The translations under genes and the position numbers were made by a program. From an uncultured bacterium (GTDB taxonomy: Bacteria; Patescibacteriota; Microgenomatia; UBA1400; CG1-02-47-37): a stretch of 64,000 nt of DNA. Of this stretch, positions 39,929 to 50,078 are shown piece after piece. The stretch is from NCBI GenBank assembly GCA_963980215.1, contig CAXBYZ010000002.1, forward strand, positions 1,726 through 65,725, read 5' to 3'. A model generated the notes under the pieces. The model was not told where the DNA came from, did no database searches, and saw nothing but the letters and a program-made list of their open reading frames with translations. Numbering within the stretch: the first letter of the stretch is position 1; each line of letters opens with the position of its first letter.

Positions 39929-40654
39929 ATGAAACTCGTCTCCATCATCATCCCTGCTTTCAAGCAGGAAAAGACTATCTTAAAAGATTTAAAGCGCATC
40001 GAAAAATCTCTAAAATCTATTAGATACCCTTACGAAATTATCGTGGTTATCGACGGAGCCATCGACCAAACCTATCGTAAAATAAAAAAACTAGCTAACC
40101 CTCAACTCAAAGTTTACCTTCTCAAAAAAAACTTAGGCAAAGGCTACGCCGTTCGCTTCGGCATGACCAAAGCTAAAGGCGACTATATTGCTTTTCTAGA
40201 CGCCGGCATGGAGATAGACCCCAACGCCATCTCCATGTTACTTGAACATCTCGAGTGGTACCACGCCGATATCGTGGTCGGCAGTAAACGCCACCTAGCC
40301 TCAAAAGTCTTTTATCCCTGGGACCGAAAGATTCTTTCATGGGGTTACTACCAACTCGTCCGCCTCCTTTTTGGGGTCAAAATTAGAGACACCCAATCCG
40401 GCATCAAGGTTTTTAAACGAAAAGTCTTAACCACTATCTTACCCAAACTGGTGGTCAAAAAATACGCCTTCGACATCGAGATCTTAGCCGTAGCCCACCG
40501 CTTAGGTTTTAAAAAAATCTACGAAGCCCCCATCAAGCTCAAGTATCACTTTGGCTCAGTCACCGACGCCGCTACCATAAACACTATTTATCACATGCTA
40601 ATAGACACACTCGCCGTCTGGTACCGATTAAAAATCTTAAAGTTTTATGACTAG
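39929..40654 (+). CDS. GT2 glycosyltransferase (DPM/DPG-synthase-like)
   Basis: SIIIPAF, NLGKGYAV, GSKRH, DTQSGIK, FDIEIL. Confidence 0.88.
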   Translation: MKLVSIIIPAFKQEKTILKDLKRIEKSLKSIRYPYEIIVVIDGAIDQTYRKIKKLANPQLKVYLLKKNLGKGYAVRFGMTKAKGDYIAFLDAGMEIDPNAISMLLEHLEWYHADIVVGSKRHLASKVFYPWDRKILSWGYYQLVRLLFGVKIRDTQSGIKVFKRKVLTTILPKLVVKKYAFDIEILAVAHRLGFKKIYEAPIKLKYHFGSVTDAATINTIYHMLIDTLAVWYRLKILKFYD

Positions 40655-41639
40655 TCAAGGAAAGGGTTCCGAACTTCAAAGTAATAGGGTTCCGAACCTC
40701 CAGCGGTCTGCAGCGTCAGCGAAAGACGGTTCGGAACCTTCAACGTTTGCCATCATCATCCCCTGTAAATCCCTAAAAGACCTTTGCCCCGAGCTCCTCC
40801 CGGCCCTAAAAACCCAATCTCTCCCTCCCGCCAAAATCATTATCATTCCTGACTCCCTTAACCATGTTAACAAAGGAGACTCCTTTGTTAAAGTTTTACC
40901 CAAGGCTGGCGACCCCGCCACCAAGCGCGACTATGCTGTTAAACACCTCAAGAAAACAGTAGGAACGGTTCCTACTGTTTTAGCCTTTATCGACTCGGAT
41001 GCCTACCCGGATAAAAACTGGCTTAAGAATGCTACTAAACACTTGAAACCAAAAAACATCGCCGCCGTCTGCGGGCCGGGCCTCACCCCACCCCAAAACT
41101 CCAAACTTCAAAAACTCTCCGGCCTCATTTGGTCCAGCTTTATTGGCGCTGGCCCTTACCGCTTCCGAAACCGCCCTTTAAAACCCCGCTTCGTCGACGA
41201 CTACCCCACCTTCAACCTCCTCGTCAAAACCAAAGACTTTCAAAAAATCGGTGGCTTTGACACCAAGTACTGGCCCGGTGAAGACACCAAGCTTTGCCTC
41301 GATCTCACCCACCAACTCCATAAAAAAATTCTCTATCACCCATCTATCATCGTCTTTCATCATCGCCGTCCCCTTTGGCTCCCTCACCTTCAGCAACTCT
41401 CCCGCTACGGCTTTCAACGCGGTCGATTTGTTAAACTTTTCCCCCAAACCTCCCGTCGCTTCTCTTACTTTTTACCCCTGCTATTTCTTCTCTCCCTACC
41501 CCTAACTTGGCCTTTCTATCTCGCCACTATCTTACTCACCGGCATCTATCATCAATCCCTTCTCCTGCCCCAAGCCCTACTCTTAACCCACCTCACCTAC
41601 GCTATCTACTTTCTCAAAGGCCTTCTAACAAACTCTTGA
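40647..41639 (+). CDS. GT2 glycosyltransferase carrying several palindromic inserts
   Basis: AFIDSDA, GGFD, GEDTKL, HHRR. Confidence 0.82.
   Translation: MTSQGKGSELQSNRVPNLQRSAASAKDGSEPSTFAIIIPCKSLKDLCPELLPALKTQSLPPAKIIIIPDSLNHVNKGDSFVKVLPKAGDPATKRDYAVKHLKKTVGTVPTVLAFIDSDAYPDKNWLKNATKHLKPKNIAAVCGPGLTPPQNSKLQKLSGLIWSSFIGAGPYRFRNRPLKPRFVDDYPTFNLLVKTKDFQKIGGFDTKYWPGEDTKLCLDLTHQLHKKILYHPSIIVFHHRRPLWLPHLQQLSRYGFQRGRFVKLFPQTSRRFSYFLPLLFLLSLPLTWPFYLATILLTGIYHQSLLLPQALLLTHLTYAIYFLKGLLTNS
40664..40740. repeat. Cluster of family A sites forming the GT2 N-terminus
   Basis: ggttccgaact, ggttccgaacc (40688-40698), ggttcggaacc (40728-40738). Confidence 0.85.
40867..40891. repeat. Family B variant palindrome inside GT2
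   Basis: ttaacaaaggag-a-ctcctttgttaa. Confidence 0.9.
40953..40981. repeat. Perfect 29 bp palindrome inside GT2
   Basis: aaaacagtaggaac-g-gttcctactgtttt. Confidence 0.88.
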
Positions 41640-41704
41640 CAAATCCTCTCATTTACTATAAATTTAAACCAAATATCTTAATATTTAATATCTTTAGTTT
41701 AAAT

Positions 41705-42274
41705 ATGTCAAAGAATTTCATTCTTAAACTCTATCAACAGCCTCAAACTGTCTTTAGTTTCACCGACCTTACCCTCCTTTTTCCCCAGAAATCTCCAAAG
41801 TCACTTCAAAATAAAATTCACTATGCCACCAAAACTAATAAGCTCCAAAACCTTCGAAGAGGCATCTATGCCAAACCAAATTTTCAACTGTTCGAATTAG
41901 CCAATAAAATTTACACCCCGTCATACATTAGCTTCGAAACAGTTTTGCTAAAAGAAGATATAGTTTTCCAAACTTACCAAACTATTTTTCTTGCCTCCTA
42001 CCTCACCAGAACCGTTTCAGTTGACCAACAATCCTTTTCATTCAAAAAACTAAAAAGCTCTCTCCTTTCTAACCCTCAGGGATTAACCTTAATGCCCGGT
42101 TACACTATTGCTACCAAAGAACGAGCCTTTTTGGATGCTGTTTATCTTTACGGTGATTATCATTTTGATAACCTTAGACCCCTAGATTGGAATCTAATCA
42201 ATCAACTTACTCCTATTTATCAAAACAAGGCTTTTAATAAAAGAGTTAAGAAGTACTATACTCAGTCAAGATAA
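41705..42274 (+). CDS. AbiEi-family antitoxin
   Basis: LRRGIY, PSYISFETVL, IATKERAFLDAVY. Confidence 0.82.
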   Translation: MSKNFILKLYQQPQTVFSFTDLTLLFPQKSPKSLQNKIHYATKTNKLQNLRRGIYAKPNFQLFELANKIYTPSYISFETVLLKEDIVFQTYQTIFLASYLTRTVSVDQQSFSFKKLKSSLLSNPQGLTLMPGYTIATKERAFLDAVYLYGDYHFDNLRPLDWNLINQLTPIYQNKAFNKRVKKYYTQSR

Positions 42275-42490
42275 ATACTTTATTTTTCTTACTTAACTAC
42301 GAAAAACATAATAGAAATATAAAAATCGAAATCTCCAAACGTCCCGCTAAAAACCAATTTAAAGTTAAAATCCACTCAACTAATGCCAGGCTTAGGAGAG
42401 CTGGTTGATAAAAAACAACAACACTGGATAAAAAATCATCTGATAGAGGAAACAATTTTCCAACTCAAGCTCTACCAAAAAATTACTTAG
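42271..42490 (+). pseudogene. Deleted remnant of the cognate AbiEii toxin
   Basis: Fragments TLFFLLNYEKHNRNIKIEISKR and, in another frame, GLGELVDKKQQHWIKNHLIEETIFQL; no start codon and no GGT motif. Confidence 0.55.
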
Positions 42491-43925
42491 TTTCCTTGCC
42501 CCCCATATACTCCTCAAGCCTCTTCAACTGCTCGGCCGACTGCCACAGCTTCGGCTTACTCTCCAAGGCTTTTTGGTAATACTCACGCGCTTTATCCAGT
42601 TGCCCCATCACCACGTAAGTATTAGCCAAGTTATGCATGGCATCAGCATAGTTAGGATTAATGGCAATCGCCCGCAAAAAATGCATCTCCGATCGCTTTA
42701 AATCTCCCATCCGGCCATAGTAATCCCCCAAGTTATTGTTGTTTTGGGGGCTATTGGGCGAAGTCCGCTCGGCCGAAAGCCACAACTTATCCGGTGTCTG
42801 CCAATTGGCATTTCGCACCCAAGTTCTACCCATTAATAAAACAGCTACCAGTCCAAACCCCATCATCACTCCTTCTTTTAAACCCTCTTTTTGAGCCAAC
42901 CAATCAACCACCATTCCCACCAACATCCATACCCCAATCGCCCCCAAGTAAACATACCTCTCGGCCACTACCCAAGACACCCCTAAAGGAGTCAAGGTCG
43001 GACTCAAAGCCACTACTAACCACCCCAACCAAAAACTAACTCGTTTCCAAACCCCATTCCCTTTCAACCAACCCCACAACCCCATCCCTATCAACCCCAA
43101 CACCACCCCAACCCTCATCCAATAACCAACAGCTGAAAAAAACATCTCCGAGTGATACAAGGTTAATTTACTCGGCCAAACCGCCAACTTCAAGTACTCG
43201 GCTACAGCCACCGGTACTTGAACTAAGGGGTTCATCTTAGCTCCCCCGCCGGAATAATCTGTTTGTAAATAACCTAAACGAGCATCAACTTGGGTAAAAC
43301 TTGACCAGATCCACACTCCTGCCAAACTTACAAATGGAATCAAGTCCCAATATTGACCTCGTTTTTTAGCAAAAATCAGCCGGTACATAATTAACATCGC
43401 CGGCAACACCATCGCTTTTTCGCTATACTCCAAAGAAAATAAATAACTCAAACTAGACCATACTATAAACTTATGATCATCTTTTGCCTTTATATATAGT
43501 ACCAAAGCTAAAAGCAACCAAAAACTATACTTAACATACCCGCCCCCAGAAATCCAAGTCACTGACTCGGTCATAAGCGGGTGAACGGCAGTTAACACTC
43601 CCGCCATCAATCCTACCCGTTCATTTACCAATCTCTCTCCCAACCACAGCACTAAAACACTCACCCCCGCATGGGCCAATATATTTGAAAACCGAAAAGC
43701 CCATTCATTAATCCCAAACAGATTACTAATTACAAAATACTCCAACCGCCCCAAAACCACCAATGGATTCTGCCACACCCAACCCCACCTGGTAATCTCC
43801 GGATTATTAACAATCCCAGGCAAATCATCGGCTACAAACTTAGCTCCCCAGGTATTCATGTAGCCAATCACCACCAAACCAACCAACAAAACTATCTGCC
43901 ATTTATTTTTATTAAACCAACTCAT
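42483..43925 (-). CDS. TMTC-like GT-C membrane glycosyltransferase with C-terminal TPRs
   Basis: FVADD, HPLMTESVTWISG, AERYVY, RNANW, then TPR repeats. Confidence 0.8.
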   Translation of the reverse strand: MSWFNKNKWQIVLLVGLVVIGYMNTWGAKFVADDLPGIVNNPEITRWGWVWQNPLVVLGRLEYFVISNLFGINEWAFRFSNILAHAGVSVLVLWLGERLVNERVGLMAGVLTAVHPLMTESVTWISGGGYVKYSFWLLLALVLYIKAKDDHKFIVWSSLSYLFSLEYSEKAMVLPAMLIMYRLIFAKKRGQYWDLIPFVSLAGVWIWSSFTQVDARLGYLQTDYSGGGAKMNPLVQVPVAVAEYLKLAVWPSKLTLYHSEMFFSAVGYWMRVGVVLGLIGMGLWGWLKGNGVWKRVSFWLGWLVVALSPTLTPLGVSWVVAERYVYLGAIGVWMLVGMVVDWLAQKEGLKEGVMMGFGLVAVLLMGRTWVRNANWQTPDKLWLSAERTSPNSPQNNNNLGDYYGRMGDLKRSEMHFLRAIAINPNYADAMHNLANTYVVMGQLDKAREYYQKALESKPKLWQSAEQLKRLEEYMGGKETK

Positions 43926-43931
43926 ATCTAA

Positions 43932-45062
43932 CTATCCTACAAACTTTAAATAATTATCTTGATCAATCACACTGTAGCTTGCTTGCTTGTAATTTTCTAG
44001 CCAATCTTTGGGGGGGGTTTTTTGTTTCATACTCCCCCACTTAAACTCATATCCAAACAACTTCCCCCCTCTCTCTTCCACCAAATCTATCTCTTTTTTG
44101 TCATAAGTTCTCCAAAAATAATAATTACCCCTAATTTTTAAGTACTCTCGCAACTTCATTCGTTCAATAAACAAAAAATTCTCCCACAACTGCCCCACAT
44201 CATCCCGGCTACTCAACTGATTAAAGTTACCAATTACCGCATTCCTCACCCCATTATCATAAAAGTAATACCTAGAGGTTTTCGAAATCTCTTTTCTTAA
44301 ATTTCTCGAAAACCCCCCCACATTGATCAACACAAAAGATTTTTCTAATAAATCCAAGTATCTCAAAACTGTATTCCTACTCATAGACAATTGACGCCCC
44401 AATTCCTGATGAGATACTTCATGTCCAATTTGAAAAGCCACTAGTCTTAGTAGGTCATAAATTTTCCTTGAATTTCTTACACTCTCTAGCTCCAAAATAT
44501 CTTTATATAAATATGAATCTCTTATCAATTCAAGATACTCTGTTTTTTCCTGAAAAGAGGTGGCCATCATCACTTCTGGATATCCCCCATAAATTAAATA
44601 ATTTTCTAAATTTTGTTGCACCACTCCCGTTCCCAACTCTTTTCTAAGCTCCATTATAGATACCGGATAAAGTTTTAAAATATTTTGTCTTCCGACTAAA
44701 GGCTCTCCTAATTGATTTGATAAGTCAAAAGAAGAAGATCCTGTAGCAATCACTTTCACTCCCGGAATCTGATCCACTACTATCTTTAAACCTTGGCCCA
44801 CATTGGCAATTTTTTGAGCTTCATCAATAAAAATCAAGTCATAATCACTAAAGAAAGGGATAATTTTTGAAAAATCAGAAGATTCTAATACCTCCCTTAA
44901 TTTAACATCTTCGCCAGTGCTCCTGTAAACCTTCCCCTTGTAACCCTCTAAAAATTTCTCCACTAAAGTTGTCTTACCTACTCTTCTGGGGCCATAAATC
45001 ACCAACACTTTATTGGGTACCAATAATTTTAATATCTTATTGCTGTAATACCTGTTAATCAT
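43932..45062 (-). CDS. AAA_14 / DUF4143 ATP-binding protein
   Basis: GPRRVGKT, FIDEAQ, TGSSS, GGYPE, YFYDNG, EIDLV. Confidence 0.88.
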   Translation of the reverse strand: MINRYYSNKILKLLVPNKVLVIYGPRRVGKTTLVEKFLEGYKGKVYRSTGEDVKLREVLESSDFSKIIPFFSDYDLIFIDEAQKIANVGQGLKIVVDQIPGVKVIATGSSSFDLSNQLGEPLVGRQNILKLYPVSIMELRKELGTGVVQQNLENYLIYGGYPEVMMATSFQEKTEYLELIRDSYLYKDILELESVRNSRKIYDLLRLVAFQIGHEVSHQELGRQLSMSRNTVLRYLDLLEKSFVLINVGGFSRNLRKEISKTSRYYFYDNGVRNAVIGNFNQLSSRDDVGQLWENFLFIERMKLREYLKIRGNYYFWRTYDKKEIDLVEERGGKLFGYEFKWGSMKQKTPPKDWLENYKQASYSVIDQDNYLKFVG

Positions 45063-45125
45063 TGCTTTATAGTAACATATTTTCTTATTTGCGTCAATAT
45101 ACTGACGCAAATTAGCTTAATTGCA

Positions 45126-45983
45126 TCATTTTATCCACCACTTTTCACCAGTACTAACTAACCTCACCAAACCATCTTCATCAGTCCGCTTAATCATCGC
45201 TCCCAGCTCTCTCAATCTCTCCAGCACTTCCCTAGTTGGGTGCCCAAATCGATTTTTGCCTACCGAAATCACTGCCAACTCCGGCTTCACTGCTAAAAGA
45301 AACTCCCCACTTGTACTAGTTTTGGATCCATGATGAGCTACTTTTAACACTTCTACGTCTGTTAGTTTATCAGTTAACCTCAACTCATCCTCTATCTTTG
45401 TATCAATATCTCCGGTTAACAAAAACTCAAATTTCCCATAGCTTCCCCTCAACACCGTCGACACTTCATTAATATCTTTAATCTCACACACCTCGGAGGT
45501 GATCTCAATCGGATACAGCACCTCTAAACTCACCTCTCCCAACCTCACCCCATCCCCAGCCTTAAATTCGAGGTTCGTAACCTCGAATTTTTCCATCACC
45601 CGCTTCAACTCCCTTACCTCAGCAATGTCATTCTCCACTCCACTCATATAAAAATTCTCTACCTCATATCTCTTCAAAACCTCGATCATCCCTGTCATAT
45701 GATCTGCTTGAGGATGAGTCACTACCACCAACTCTATCTTTCTATCCCAAAAAGGCATACTCTTCCCCAAACAAGACAAAACCGAACTATCCGGACCCCC
45801 ATCTACCAACATCTGATAACTTCCCCAAGACACTAAAGTTGCATCTCCTTGACCTACATCACAAAAAGATAACTCTAATCTCTTTTTTGGCAACTGAAAA
45901 GCCACCAAAACCAACAAAAATAACAGCAACACCAAACTAAAATTAATCTGTTTTAATAAATTTTTCTTCTCAATCTCATCCAT
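45126..45983 (-). CDS. ComEC-type metallo-beta-lactamase-fold protein
   Basis: DVGQGDA, THPQADH, LTGD, KVAHHGS, FGHP. Confidence 0.88.
   Translation of the reverse strand: MDEIEKKNLLKQINFSLVLLLFLLVLVAFQLPKKRLELSFCDVGQGDATLVSWGSYQMLVDGGPDSSVLSCLGKSMPFWDRKIELVVVTHPQADHMTGMIEVLKRYEVENFYMSGVENDIAEVRELKRVMEKFEVTNLEFKAGDGVRLGEVSLEVLYPIEITSEVCEIKDINEVSTVLRGSYGKFEFLLTGDIDTKIEDELRLTDKLTDVEVLKVAHHGSKTSTSGEFLLAVKPELAVISVGKNRFGHPTREVLERLRELGAMIKRTDEDGLVRLVSTGEKWWIK
45487..45501. repeat. Family C core inside CDS
   Basis: cacacctcggaggtg, encodes TSEVC as in the GT2 insert. Confidence 0.7.
45564..45590. repeat. Family A palindrome inside CDS
   Basis: aaattcgaggtt-cgt-aacctcgaattt. Confidence 0.88.
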
Positions 45984-46068
45984 AATCCACTCCGTTTTTA
46001 ATCAAATTTAAAGAGATGGTTTAACAACTACGTTCGTAATTATTAAACTTCACCTGTCATTATTCATG

Positions 46069-47319
46069 CTAACCCCCAATATTTTTTAACCTTTTAACTC
46101 TAAATATTACCGCAAACAAAACAATATAATAACCCACCGCCCACCACCAACTCAACCCCTCCACCACTCCCCCATCTTTCATCGGCCAGGTGATAAAACT
46201 TCTCTTGCCAAACCACTCAATCACTCTCACCATCACCATCAAACCTGAATAGCAAATAAACCCCACTATAGAAACCAAAAACTCTAAACCGCCCCCCGTA
46301 AACACCAAACTAAACAAAGCCAACACCCCACCCCAAGTCATCAAAACCGGCACCAGCCACAAAATTAAACTATTTACCACCACTGAAAACAAACTCAAGC
46401 TATTAAAATATATCATCAATATTGGCCAAACCATAATCTGAGCAGATACTGTCTCAGACATATACTCTCCAATCACAAAAACATGCTTAAAAACCCCATT
46501 TAACATAGGAGAAATAAAGATAAGTCCTAAAGTTGCCGCCACTGACAACTGAAACCCAACATCCCAAATCAACACAGGGCTATAAATCAACATTAGCATC
46601 ACCGTTGCTAGCAACAGGCGTATCGTATCCGCCTTCCTCCCTATTACCTGCCCAAAAAAAGCCAAAGACCCCATAATCGCCGCTCGCACAATCGCCGGCT
46701 CCCCTCCAGCCATAATTACATACCCAATTACCGCTAAAATACCCAAGGAAACTGCCATTCTTCTCTTAAAAATTCCCGCAAACATCTTGATTACAAAACT
46801 AATAATTATCATCACATTAAACCCTGAAGCCACTACAATATGAAGAGTGCCAGTTTTCTGTAAACTATCATAAAACTCTCGAGGTAATCCTCTTTTTGAC
46901 CCCAAAACTATTCCGGCTAGCAGACTAGCCTCTGGCTCAGACAAGACCTGATTATACCCACCTTCTATCTTTCTTCGTAAACCCATAATTTTTGAACTCT
47001 CAGCTTTAATGACCTTAATACTTGGATACATCAAGCTAAATCGACTGTACCACTTGTTTACCACTTTCCTCTGGAGAGTGCCAGAAATTTGGACATTTTG
47101 ACCATACTCATAAACAGGATACTGCTTGGCATACACCATCACTCTACCTATATAGAACCGTTGAGAGCTACCCTGTAGTATAGGTTCTGAAGATATTTTA
47201 CCTTCCACCATTATCCGCTTTCCGACCTTTTCCCGTAAATTACTCTCCGTCTGAAATTGTGAGTTTAATCTAATAAAAAATGAGACAAACCATATCACTA
47301 ACACCAAAAGTACCCTCAT
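46069..47319 (-). CDS. comEC: ComEC/Rec2 competence membrane protein
   Basis: GTLHIVVASGFNV, AIVRAAIM, GFQLSVAATLG. Confidence 0.9.
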   Translation of the reverse strand: MRVLLVLVIWFVSFFIRLNSQFQTESNLREKVGKRIMVEGKISSEPILQGSSQRFYIGRVMVYAKQYPVYEYGQNVQISGTLQRKVVNKWYSRFSLMYPSIKVIKAESSKIMGLRRKIEGGYNQVLSEPEASLLAGIVLGSKRGLPREFYDSLQKTGTLHIVVASGFNVMIIISFVIKMFAGIFKRRMAVSLGILAVIGYVIMAGGEPAIVRAAIMGSLAFFGQVIGRKADTIRLLLATVMLMLIYSPVLIWDVGFQLSVAATLGLIFISPMLNGVFKHVFVIGEYMSETVSAQIMVWPILMIYFNSLSLFSVVVNSLILWLVPVLMTWGGVLALFSLVFTGGGLEFLVSIVGFICYSGLMVMVRVIEWFGKRSFITWPMKDGGVVEGLSWWWAVGYYIVLFAVIFRVKRLKNIGG

Positions 47320-47334
47320 AAGTTATAGGGCCAA

Positions 47335-47973
47335 TTAATACACTGATATCTCATCTTTTATCTCTTCATACACATTAGCTTTTACTATTTTTCGAGTCAG
47401 CAGTTCATCAATCGACCCATACGGTCTTCCTTCTACAATCTTCTTGGCCGTGGCCTCACCCACTCCCCAAAGAGTATCTAAGTTAGAGATGCTTGCTGAA
47501 TTTATATTAATCTTATCAGTCAAGGACGTTCCTTTGCTTTGCAAGGGTGCGTCCTTACTGGATTCACCTTCAAATGGTATATACAGTTTCTGCCCATCCA
47601 CCACTTTTTGAGCTAAATTCAAGTTCTTGCTCACCCAATTATTGTCCGCTTTATCAGAAAAACCACCAGCCAACACTAAAACATCATTAATCCTTGAGTC
47701 AGACTTCAACGAATACACCCCCGGTTTCTCGACCGCTCCACCCACATCCACAAAAACCTCACCCGACCCCCTCGTCTCTTCATCTACCAACATCACTTCT
47801 ACCCCTGAACTCACACTCTTGTTTGCAATCAACACAGCAGACAACACCCCGACACCCAATAAAAACACCCCCAACAAGCCCACGCTCACCAAATACGGTC
47901 TCTTTTTCGCCTTTTCCACCCAATCAACTCCACCACCTTCATTACCCAACAAACCTTCAAGCTCTTCGCTCAT
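47335..47973 (-). CDS. comEA: ComEA DNA-binding competence protein
   Basis: VDVGGAVEKPGVY (SLBB), NLAQKVVDGQKLYIP, KININSAS...GVGEATAKKI (HhH). Confidence 0.9.
   Translation of the reverse strand: MSEELEGLLGNEGGGVDWVEKAKKRPYLVSVGLLGVFLLGVGVLSAVLIANKSVSSGVEVMLVDEETRGSGEVFVDVGGAVEKPGVYSLKSDSRINDVLVLAGGFSDKADNNWVSKNLNLAQKVVDGQKLYIPFEGESSKDAPLQSKGTSLTDKININSASISNLDTLWGVGEATAKKIVEGRPYGSIDELLTRKIVKANVYEEIKDEISVY
47517..47560. repeat. Imperfect composite hairpin in the ComEA linker
   Basis: cagtcaaggacg-ttcc-tttgc-ttt-gcaaggg-tg-cgtccttactg. Confidence 0.65.
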
Positions 47974-48021
47974 ATTACTATATTAAGTCCCTCGACCCAA
48001 TCCAGTCAAGCTCATTTTTTC

Positions 48022-48051
48022 TTGACAACATGTGTATACACATGTTACCAT
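48022..48051 (+). promoter_or_regulatory. TA promoter with a 20 bp palindromic operator
   Basis: TTGACA-18 nt-TACCAT; perfect aacatgtgtatacacatgtt (48027-48046) fills the spacer. Confidence 0.7.
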
Positions 48052-48057
48052 CTATCT

Positions 48058-48297
48058 ATGTTAACTAAAAGAGCTCAAATTTTATTCGAACCCGAAACTT
48101 GGCAAATCCTCCAGCAGGTTGCTACTGCCAAAAACATCTCCACCAGCGAACTTATCAGGCAAACACTTGAAAAAACTCACAAAGCCGGACCTGCTTCCAA
48201 CAAAGCTCTCCAGGCTCATAAAACTATTCTAAAAACTAGAATCTCTAGCAAAAACATAGATTACAAAGCTTTAATTGAACATGGCCGAAAATACTAA
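48058..48297 (+). CDS. RHH/CopG-type antitoxin (VapB-like)
   Basis: KRAQILF...ISTSELIRQ; overlaps the PIN gene. Confidence 0.75.
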   Translation: MLTKRAQILFEPETWQILQQVATAKNISTSELIRQTLEKTHKAGPASNKALQAHKTILKTRISSKNIDYKALIEHGRKY

Positions 48298-48676
48298 ACC
48301 TAATTCTGTCGTTGACGCTTCTTTTGTTTTAAATTACCTATTCCCTGACGAAAAAATGCCTGCAGGTGATAATATTTTTAAAAACGCCACCAAAAATAAT
48401 CACCACTTAATTTCCACCACTCTCCTCCCTTACGAAGTAATTAACGGACTTAAATCAGCCGTTCTACGAAAACGGCACCCCGAAAACAAAGCTAAAATCT
48501 TAGCCAAAAACTTTCAAAATCTACCCATAAAACTAGTCGCCCCCAACATATCTTCTTGCTTATCTCTTGCCCTCAAACACCAGCTCTCCGTCTACGACGC
48601 CTCTTATCTCCAACTTGCTATAGAAAAAAACTGCCCCCTCCTCACCCTTGACAAAAAGCTAAACCAATTGACCTAA
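48281..48676 (+). CDS. vapC: PIN-domain toxin (VapC-like)
   Basis: VVDAS, YEVIN, LSVYDASYLQLA, LLTLDKKL. Confidence 0.85.
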   Translation: MAENTKPNSVVDASFVLNYLFPDEKMPAGDNIFKNATKNNHHLISTTLLPYEVINGLKSAVLRKRHPENKAKILAKNFQNLPIKLVAPNISSCLSLALKHQLSVYDASYLQLAIEKNCPLLTLDKKLNQLT

Positions 48677-48686
48677 ACCTTAACTT

Positions 48687-50042
48687 ATGCTATCCTATAG
48701 CATGTTAAAAAAGGTTCCCTTCCCTCAAGTTCACCAACAAATCGAAAACATAGTCAAAAAATACTCGCTGACCCTCAGCGAATCTCAACGCAGTCAAATC
48801 GCCCTCCTCTCTGGCCAACTTCAAAACTGGATATCTCCCCTTACCAAAATCATTGCCAAAAATCCCAACCACACTCTTGACAGTCTCTTAAAACTTCCTC
48901 AGATCAACCAACTCTGCCAAGATTTGTTTTCCCTTATCCCTCAAGACCAGTGGTTTTATCTAGTTAACCCCAAATCAAACACCAAAAGTCCCTACTCTCC
49001 TCTCTTTACTCACTGGCTCAAACACCAACCCCTAACCGAAAAATTTAAACTCTGTCAAGCCACTCTCACCGCTTCAGAGGCCAAAATTACCCGCCTCCTT
49101 CACCAAAAACTTGGCCTGATCTGTTCCCGAGACGAGATTGCCCAAAGTTTGTGGGGTCAAAATTGGATGGAAAAATACTCCGACTGGTGCATCGACACTC
49201 TCATTCATCACCTTAAAACCAAGCTTAATCAATCTTGGAAGCTCACCACCATTAGAAATCGAGGCTACCTTCTCTCCCCATCTTCTTCGGTTGTTCCTCC
49301 CAAAACCCCAACCAATTCCGTTCCCGGCACTCGCCCCACCAAAGTTTATCTAGACTACATGAACAACCCCAACAATATTCGTCAAACCATCAAAGACTTA
49401 CTTTCCGCCACCGATCAAGCCCACTTGACCTCAAATCTTATCACTTACCTTAAAAAAGACCCCCAACCGTCTATTCTAGCCATCAACTCCTACTCTTATG
49501 ACAATGTTGACAGTCTCCACTCTTTTACCAAAAATATATTAAAAAACCCTCCCTCAATCTACTTCACCAATTCCGACGATCGCGCCCTTGAACTCCACCG
49601 CAATCGAGCCTCCAAACTTAATCTTCATCACCTAGTCACCCTCTATGACGATATCCGCCACTCTCGACTTCAAACCCAATCTCTTTCTATAGTCATCAAT
49701 GACTTTCGTCTCAACTTTAACATCACCAACAAGCAAAACCAACAAGCCATGAAGCACACTCATCGGATCTTAAAGCCAAAAGGTTATGTCTTGATCTCGG
49801 TGGTAATAGATAATCGCTATGAATCAGCTCGGTACGGCACCAACCAACAAAAAGCACCCCTAAACCACCACAAACCCTGGACTTTCAAAGCCCAAGAAAA
49901 TCTAGAACGACACTGCTTTACCGTTCCCTACTACCAGGAATTATTTAAAAAAGCCGGCTTTAAAGTTGTTAAACAGTTTGACACCAAAGCAGGCAAAGCC
50001 TGGCAACCCGCCTTTAGGCGTTTCTTCCTCCAAAAAATCTAA
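48687..50042 (+). CDS. Winged-helix (OmpR/PhoB-type) plus methyltransferase-like fusion protein
   Basis: SRDEIAQSLWG...IDTLIHHLKTKL...TIRNRGY; C-terminal HRILKPKGYV and ELFKKAGFKVV. Confidence 0.65.
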   Translation: MLSYSMLKKVPFPQVHQQIENIVKKYSLTLSESQRSQIALLSGQLQNWISPLTKIIAKNPNHTLDSLLKLPQINQLCQDLFSLIPQDQWFYLVNPKSNTKSPYSPLFTHWLKHQPLTEKFKLCQATLTASEAKITRLLHQKLGLICSRDEIAQSLWGQNWMEKYSDWCIDTLIHHLKTKLNQSWKLTTIRNRGYLLSPSSSVVPPKTPTNSVPGTRPTKVYLDYMNNPNNIRQTIKDLLSATDQAHLTSNLITYLKKDPQPSILAINSYSYDNVDSLHSFTKNILKNPPSIYFTNSDDRALELHRNRASKLNLHHLVTLYDDIRHSRLQTQSLSIVINDFRLNFNITNKQNQQAMKHTHRILKPKGYVLISVVIDNRYESARYGTNQQKAPLNHHKPWTFKAQENLERHCFTVPYYQELFKKAGFKVVKQFDTKAGKAWQPAFRRFFLQKI

Positions 50043-50078
50043 TCAACTTCCCCACCACATTTTTTCCTCAAGTCAATA

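Noticed and set aside
48027-48046. Perfect 20 bp palindrome as another REP family
   Set aside because: Even-length, single copy and located between -35 and -10 of an RHH antitoxin; better explained as an operator.
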